Source: a virus (Duplodnaviria; Caudoviricetes). Taken from it: a stretch of 40,387 bases of DNA. The notes beneath the pieces were generated by a model. That model did no database searches and was not told the DNA's origin. It saw only the letters and a list, made by a program, of their open reading frames with translations. The translations under genes and the position numbers were made by a program. Every line of letters begins with the position of its first letter. Within the stretch, counting starts at the first letter, position 1. Positions 35,325 through 40,387 of the stretch are shown here, one piece after another. Where the stretch lies: IMG/VR virus record IMGVR_UViG_3300017540_000009, positions 1 to 40,387 of that record, one strand, 5' to 3'.

Positions 35325-36536
35325 TTAGAAGGTACCTTCATCAAGGGTAGGTAAGTCTTCAATTGCCAAAGCTCTGAATGCGGGGGTAGCAGAAGCACCA
35401 CTGACAGGACCTGCGAATACCAAGTTGGCAGCTCTAGCAGGTAAGGTGACAGCCAAAGTACCAGAAGTAGTAATAGGGGAACCGGAAACAGCCAGAAGGG
35501 TTGAAGGTACAGACATTGCTACGGACTTGACGGTACCATCGCCTACTGCTGATTTCGATACCCAATTTGGGTTACCTGATGCATCGGTAGTCAATACCAG
35601 ATTGTTACCTGCGCCTGCACCCAAGCGGTCTGGATTGAATACCCCAGTGGAAATCTTCGAGGTATCTAACGCTGGGATATCAGCAGCTACCATGGAACGG
35701 AAAGTAGGTGCTCCTGCGGCGCCTGTTGATGGGCCTGCGAATACTACGTTGGTTGCCTGATTTGCTAGTCCTAGTTGTAGGGTACCAGAAGAGGTGATAG
35801 GTGAACCAGCAACAGTTAAGAGATTGCTTGGTGCAGTTAAGGCTACAGAGGTAACACCTGAGATTTCTGCACGAGGAACCCAAGTTGGATTACCTGAAGC
35901 AGATGTTGTGAGTACTGAATTATTCGCTGGTGAGGTACCTAACCGATTTGATGTAAACACGCCGGACGAAATATCCCCGGCTGCCAAAGTAACAGCACCT
36001 GTCTTACCCGCTACTGAGGTAACATCATTGTGTGCGTCAATCTTTTGCCAGTCAGTACCATTGGAAATTACCCAGTCACCTACTGTATACTCGATACCTT
36101 CATGGGTACCAGAAACCTCTACGATATAGTAGAAACCTTCTGAAGTTGTTGGGTCAGGGAGCGGCGGTGTATTCGTAGCAGCATCCCAAGCACCTTTGTA
36201 TTTCAAGGAACCTACTACAGAATCAGGTAAGAAAGATTCAGGAATCTTCCCGTCTATATCTAGAGAAGGTACCCCATAGGTACCGATGGCTGTTGGAGGA
36301 ACTTCTACTTTACCATTTGCATCAGGTAACTGGTCGTTTACAGACTGAACCGAAGAAGCAGCCAAAACAACGGTATTGGAAGAAGCAACTTCTACAACTT
36401 CACCAGCTGAGTTTAGAATGAATATACGCTCGTCAGCATAGTTAATTGCAATCTGACCAGCTTCGATTTGTGCCGCAGTTGGGGCAGTTCCAGTAATACT
36501 AGAACGTAAGTGTTTTAATCTTAAAGGCGTTGCCAC
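35325..36536 (-). CDS. Tail fibre or fibre-adaptor protein with internal duplication
   Basis: GTG start with AAGGAG RBS. It has the GQIAINYADERIF fibre motif, a YKGAWDAATNTP...GDWVISNGTDWQKID module and two long repeats. Confidence 0.8.
   Translation of the reverse strand: MATPLRLKHLRSSITGTAPTAAQIEAGQIAINYADERIFILNSAGEVVEVASSNTVVLAASSVQSVNDQLPDANGKVEVPPTAIGTYGVPSLDIDGKIPESFLPDSVVGSLKYKGAWDAATNTPPLPDPTTSEGFYYIVEVSGTHEGIEYTVGDWVISNGTDWQKIDAHNDVTSVAGKTGAVTLAAGDISSGVFTSNRLGTSPANNSVLTTSASGNPTWVPRAEISGVTSVALTAPSNLLTVAGSPITSSGTLQLGLANQATNVVFAGPSTGAAGAPTFRSMVAADIPALDTSKISTGVFNPDRLGAGAGNNLVLTTDASGNPNWVSKSAVGDGTVKSVAMSVPSTLLAVSGSPITTSGTLAVTLPARAANLVFAGPVSGASATPAFRALAIEDLPTLDEGTF
35340..35972 (-). repeat. 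Two tandem ~105-aa repeats within the fibre gene
   Basis: ISSGVF...GSPITSSGTL...VFAGP...PTFR..DIPALD and ISTGVF...GSPITTSGTL...VFAGP...PAFR..DLPTLD. Boundaries are approximate. Confidence 0.85.
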
Positions 36537-36566
36537 TTGGAATTCTCCTTGCTTACGTGGTTTGAA

Positions 36567-36576
36567 CTATTAAATT
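36567..36576 (-). promoter_or_regulatory. Candidate late promoter motif AATTTAATAG (leftward arm)
   Basis: Lies in the divergent intergenic gap, oriented toward the tail fibre genes. Confidence 0.55.
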
Positions 36577-36589
36577 TAGACTGAGGAAC

Positions 36590-36599
36590 AATTTAATGG
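36590..36599 (+). promoter_or_regulatory. Candidate late promoter motif AATTTAATGG (rightward arm)
   Basis: Back-to-back copy oriented toward the RuvC-like and portal genes. Confidence 0.5.
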
Positions 36600-36622
36600 C
36601 ATAATTCAAACAGGTTACAACG

Positions 36623-37216
36623 ATGAAATTCCCAAAAGTAAAACGACGAGGCACGGCTATCCTTTCCCTAGATCCTGGCAAATCCAACTGTGGTATTGCA
36701 GTATCTGAGTTCTCAAAAGGTAAGATTTACCATTTGGCTAATTCGGTTATGGTCAATCCGATAAACAGTTTGAAGGGCGATATTCAGTCTGCCAGACAAC
36801 TGTTTATGGACGAGATTGACCTATGGATCAAAGAATTTGATTGTAAAGCCATTATTGCTGAACGGTTCCAGAGTAGAGGTTTGAAGGGTTCTACGGTTGA
36901 AGCGGTATCCTTGATGTTGGGTTGCCTTTTGCAAGGTTACCCAACATTAAAACAGAAATTGATTCCGGCTTCCCAGTGGAAGAATGATTTTTCCAGGAAC
37001 GTAGGCTTAGGTGACAAAGAGTTATTAAAGCAACTCTACAAGATTGTAGGCACAGAGCCTCACCAATTGGATGCTACCTTGATCGGCTTCTATGGGTTGC
37101 AACTTGCATTCAAAACGCAAGTAGACTATTCGTTAGAGCACTTGGTAGATACTGTAAATAAACAATCATTACTGAAGTTGCATAAAAGAAAACTTTCTTT
37201 AGAGGACATATGTTAA
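36623..37216 (+). CDS. RuvC-like (RNase H fold) Holliday junction resolvase
   Basis: ILSLDPGKSNCGIA, IIAERFQ, ASQWK and HQLDATLIG carry the acidic catalytic positions. Confidence 0.8.
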   Translation: MKFPKVKRRGTAILSLDPGKSNCGIAVSEFSKGKIYHLANSVMVNPINSLKGDIQSARQLFMDEIDLWIKEFDCKAIIAERFQSRGLKGSTVEAVSLMLGCLLQGYPTLKQKLIPASQWKNDFSRNVGLGDKELLKQLYKIVGTEPHQLDATLIGFYGLQLAFKTQVDYSLEHLVDTVNKQSLLKLHKRKLSLEDIC

Positions 37217-37341
37217 GCCAAGCAATGAAAGACTTGTATAACATGACTCTCAAGGCTTACGGTAGGGCCAAGGCCTTGGAAGTTTTGCAGTCTGCTGAGA
37301 AAGCGGATACAGAGTCAACTTCAGATATAGAATCAACTTAG
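37210..37341 (+). CDS. Possible 43-aa protein (below the ORF track cutoff)
   Basis: MLSQAMKDLYNMTLKAYGRAKALEVLQSAEKADTESTSDIEST fills the gap between genes, with GAGGA just upstream. Confidence 0.4.
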   Translation: MLSQAMKDLYNMTLKAYGRAKALEVLQSAEKADTESTSDIEST

Positions 37342-37350
37342 GAGTTTGAA

Positions 37351-37620
37351 ATGAGATTCCCATCAGCCTGGGGTTCGAACCCAAAACAAAAACTAACCGC
37401 TGCCCAACAATCAGTTAATTCCAGTGTACCATCTGCATGGCTAACTGCAGGCACTAGAGTAGAAGCTGCAGGTACTCGTCTGATTACAGATATGAGTGCT
37501 GATGTAGTTGGTCAGGGTTTATGTCCCGTTACCAAACAACCAATGGTAAAGATGTACGCAAATGGGCACCCCTGCATGGTTTCTATGGATGCCATGGTGT
37601 GTTTACCTATTAAGGATTAA
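37351..37620 (+). CDS. Small Cys-containing hypothetical protein
   Basis: AGGAG RBS, an LTAGTRVEA motif variant, and a CPVT...HPC...VCLP C-terminus. Confidence 0.7.
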   Translation: MRFPSAWGSNPKQKLTAAQQSVNSSVPSAWLTAGTRVEAAGTRLITDMSADVVGQGLCPVTKQPMVKMYANGHPCMVSMDAMVCLPIKD

Positions 37621-37641
37621 TATCCCTTATAAAGGATTCCT

Positions 37642-38349
37642 GTGTTAGACTTCGACGACATTCCCGATCTTAAGCCAATTAAGATTTCCCCTGCGAAGAA
37701 GAAAAAGTTAAAAGAAAAATCTAAGAAAGAATTAAAGAAAGAAAAAGAGAAGTTGAAGGCTGCTAAGGCTAAAGAGAAAGGCGTTATTCATTCCAAGAAG
37801 AAAGCTAAGGAATACGCCCTGCAATTGGCAAAAGAGCCGGAAAAGAAAAGAGTAACCAAACTAAAAGGTGCGAGACTCCAGACGATTGTAGGTTCTCAAG
37901 TTGAAGGTATTCACCAATTACTAGAGATCGGTGATGCTGATTCAGCACGAACCAGAACGTACAAGGTTCTTTTACAATCGGTTTTGGATTTGCTACCACA
38001 CGCCGAAAACAATATCCGAAAGACCAAAGGGCAAAAGGGCGTCTATCAGCTAACCTCAATGATCACAACGATCCGAGAGCTGCTAATAGATGTTCAGGCT
38101 TCACAGGATAGAGCTAGGGTTGGTGATTTGATTATCGAAAAGATTGTTCAACCAGCAATGTTGAACTTTGCCAATTCGATGATTACGCACTTTGAAAACG
38201 TGAGTTCGGATGCAAAACTTAGAATGAAGCGTGAGGATTTTGAATTATTCAAACAGGAGTTGGATAAGACCAAGAGAAGTCTAGCTTCAATCTTTCAAGA
38301 TATGTTCTATGAAATAAGGGACAAAACAAAAGAATTCATGGAACGATAA
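37642..38349 (+). CDS. Lys-rich helical hypothetical protein upstream of the portal
   Basis: 235-aa ORF with GTG start and AAGGA RBS. A packaging role is only inferred from position. Confidence 0.65.
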   Translation: MLDFDDIPDLKPIKISPAKKKKLKEKSKKELKKEKEKLKAAKAKEKGVIHSKKKAKEYALQLAKEPEKKRVTKLKGARLQTIVGSQVEGIHQLLEIGDADSARTRTYKVLLQSVLDLLPHAENNIRKTKGQKGVYQLTSMITTIRELLIDVQASQDRARVGDLIIEKIVQPAMLNFANSMITHFENVSSDAKLRMKREDFELFKQELDKTKRSLASIFQDMFYEIRDKTKEFMER

Positions 38350-38361
38350 GGGTTAACAAAC

Positions 38362-40197
38362 ATGTTAAAGAATCGAGTATTGGGCGTTTCAGGCTCGGGT
38401 CTACAATTGGCCCAAGGTGGAAGCCAGACGAATGCCGTGTTTAGACAGAACACTCGGGAGCAGGTTACAGCAGGCTTAGGGTTATACGAGGGTTCCCAAT
38501 TCGGCGGAACCAACGTATCAATGAATACTCTATGGAGTTCAGAATACCAGTATATGCTTACTGGTCTTTTGAATCCTGCAACACCGGATATTAACGACCA
38601 TTCAGGACTAGCGTTATTCTTTCGGGATATCTACAAATATGATAACACCTCAGGTTCAGTTGTTGATATTCTATCGACTTTCCCATTCTCAGAATTTGAA
38701 CTCCGAGGTTTAACTGCGGCAGAGCTTAAGCCATTTGAGGAAGCAGTTACCAGGCTCAATCTAAAGAGAATGATGCCTCTGGCTTCCCAAGCTTACCTAA
38801 CAGACGGTTTCTTTTGTGGTTCCTTGATCTATGATCCTTTAAATAAAACATTCCTGGATACATTTATCCATGATGCTTTGAACTGTAAGGTTCAACACGT
38901 ACAATGGTTCAATGGGCCTCCTGAGATTACTGTCAAGATTTCAAACTACGCTCGTAGGCTTCTATCTACAGAAGATGCATATACACGTAGGTATTTGAAT
39001 ATGTTGCCTCAGAAGTTCCTAAGCTTATTGGAACGAGGTATATTCAATCTTGAGCCTATGGCTACTCTTTACGTACCTAGGCGTGTTATGACGGATTCTG
39101 CGTATGTGTCATACCTACATAGAATCATACCTATGTACCTAATAGAAAAGGCAATGTTTAGAGGTACGTTGACAGAAGCCCATAAACGGCAACGGTCAAT
39201 GACCCATCTAACTGCAGGTGATGATGTATGGACGCCTACTACCGAAGAATTAGGGCAGTTGGTATCTCAATTCCAAACAGCAGAGTATGATCCCTTAGGT
39301 GGTTGGGTAGCTACTCGAAATGCTGTGCAGTCAACGGATCTAAGGCCAGCCGGGGATTTCTGGAAATGGACTGACATGGTAGACATCATGGTTCAGTACA
39401 AGCTTCGAGCGTTAGGAGTTTCAGAGGCTTTCCTAACAGCAGATGCTCAGTACTCAAACCAGGATCAAGCCATTTCAGCATTCTTGGAATCGCAACAGGC
39501 TTTCCGAGACCATATGACTGAACAGATTTTCTACGAGAAAATCTTCCCCTTGGTTGCAGCTACCCACAAACTGTACAAAGATGAAAAACTAGGTAAGTTG
39601 ATGGAGCGTGATGCTTCTCAATTCCTGTTCAATCCTGTGGCACGCCAAGGTTTAAAGATTCCAGAAGTTTATTGGCATAAACAGCTAACCTCTGATGAAG
39701 ACGAAGGTCAGATGGAATTGTTAAGCCAATTGGATGAACGTGGTGTACCAATCCCATTGAAGATGTGGATTACAGCAGCAAAGCTAGATCCAGATACTCT
39801 GATTAGAGAGTTAGAGGATGACACGGAATTCCGTAAAGTTCTGGAAAATTACACAGGTAAGGATACTTCGCATGATGCTGAAGTAGATGATTTTGATTCA
39901 GACTCGATTGAAGCTCATATCTATTCGGTAAATCATGGTCGAGGTCCTAAACGACCGCTTTTGAGCAGGGACTTTGGTGGCGATAAACTGTTGGCTACCA
40001 CAACTCGAACCGGAAAGAAGAAACACATTATCAATCAAACCAAAGCCAAGAAGGATTTGAATTGGAAACTAGTTAAGTCGGCTAAGGCTTTACAAGATCC
40101 TAACTATCGCTTGGAAATGAAAAAGCGAAATATCGAACAGTTCGGATCAGCAACAATGCCTGTTGGGTTACCTAATAGAAAATTCGGGAAGCTATAA
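38362..40197 (+). CDS. Probable portal protein
   Basis: 611 aa. GSVVDIL, helical stem and clip-like organisation, KLRALGVSEAFL and a disordered acidic-then-basic C-terminus fit a portal. Confidence 0.68.
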   Translation: MLKNRVLGVSGSGLQLAQGGSQTNAVFRQNTREQVTAGLGLYEGSQFGGTNVSMNTLWSSEYQYMLTGLLNPATPDINDHSGLALFFRDIYKYDNTSGSVVDILSTFPFSEFELRGLTAAELKPFEEAVTRLNLKRMMPLASQAYLTDGFFCGSLIYDPLNKTFLDTFIHDALNCKVQHVQWFNGPPEITVKISNYARRLLSTEDAYTRRYLNMLPQKFLSLLERGIFNLEPMATLYVPRRVMTDSAYVSYLHRIIPMYLIEKAMFRGTLTEAHKRQRSMTHLTAGDDVWTPTTEELGQLVSQFQTAEYDPLGGWVATRNAVQSTDLRPAGDFWKWTDMVDIMVQYKLRALGVSEAFLTADAQYSNQDQAISAFLESQQAFRDHMTEQIFYEKIFPLVAATHKLYKDEKLGKLMERDASQFLFNPVARQGLKIPEVYWHKQLTSDEDEGQMELLSQLDERGVPIPLKMWITAAKLDPDTLIRELEDDTEFRKVLENYTGKDTSHDAEVDDFDSDSIEAHIYSVNHGRGPKRPLLSRDFGGDKLLATTTRTGKKKHIINQTKAKKDLNWKLVKSAKALQDPNYRLEMKKRNIEQFGSATMPVGLPNRKFGKL

Positions 40198-40198
40198 T

Positions 40199-40387
40199 AT
40201 GTATTCATTCTGCATTCAATCAGTACAACGGTTAGAGGCTAGAATCAAAGGAGAGGAAGATTACGATTGGTTTCGCTATGTCGGCAAGCCAATCAATCTA
40301 GATTTCCGAGGTAAGCCTGAGACCTTGAAGAAGGGCGAAGTCTTCGGTGTTCGCAAATCGAGTTCAGGTAAAGAGATTCGATTAATC
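40199..40387 (+). CDS. Truncated ORF with IQSVQRLEA leader (runs off the window end; absent from the track)
   Basis: MYSFCIQSVQRLEARIKGEEDYDWFRYVGKP... is open to the last base. Confidence 0.7.
   Translation, partial: MYSFCIQSVQRLEARIKGEEDYDWFRYVGKPINLDFRGKPETLKKGEVFGVRKSSSGKEIRLI

Larger units (their letters stand above)
1..40387. mobile_element. Large myovirus (probable jumbo phage) virion morphogenesis region
   Basis: Tail sheath, capsid, prohead protease, portal-like and tail fibre genes are densely packed in two divergent arms. No host housekeeping genes or integrase are seen. Confidence 0.93.

Noticed and set aside
336-36129. Numerous 60-143 aa plus-strand ORFs and short nested minus-strand ORFs in the left arm
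   Set aside because: They overlap longer coherent minus-strand genes and show no recognisable motifs.
37805-38513. Minus-strand ORFs in the right arm
   Set aside because: They are antisense to longer plus-strand genes with no supporting signals.
1-40387. tRNA, rRNA, integrase or large terminase genes
   Set aside because: None were recognised; intergenic gaps are mostly too short for RNA genes.

Overview
The window is the virion morphogenesis (late) region of a large, probably jumbo, myovirus. By recollection its gene order and proteins resemble the Lu11/PaBG/phiRSL1-type phages of Proteobacteria; this was not checked against a database. A ~36.5 kb minus-strand arm carries three modular tail fibres, a BspA-type leucine-rich-repeat protein, neck proteins, a 1520-aa SNF2 helicase, prohead protease, scaffold, major capsid protein and tail sheath. 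A divergent plus-strand arm carries a RuvC-like nuclease and the probable portal. The most striking signal is a peptide motif, [IV]-x-[AS]-x-x-R-L-x-A (often N-terminal MEIQAxxRLxA), shared by about nine otherwise unrelated proteins. A shorter [VIL]-x-A form recurs in the capsid, scaffold and portal. I infer this is a capsid-targeting and protease-cleavage signal resembling herpesvirus assemblin sites. Full-motif carriers include an ADP-ribosyltransferase-like protein and a Nudix hydrolase. Short-form carriers include an Acb1-like 2H phosphodiesterase, a SprT metalloprotease and a GNAT acetyltransferase. Together these suggest a head-packaged, injected set of host-takeover or anti-defence enzymes. 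A candidate late promoter, AATTT(T/A/C)AT(A/G), occurs six times upstream of genes. All calls come from motif recognition by eye.
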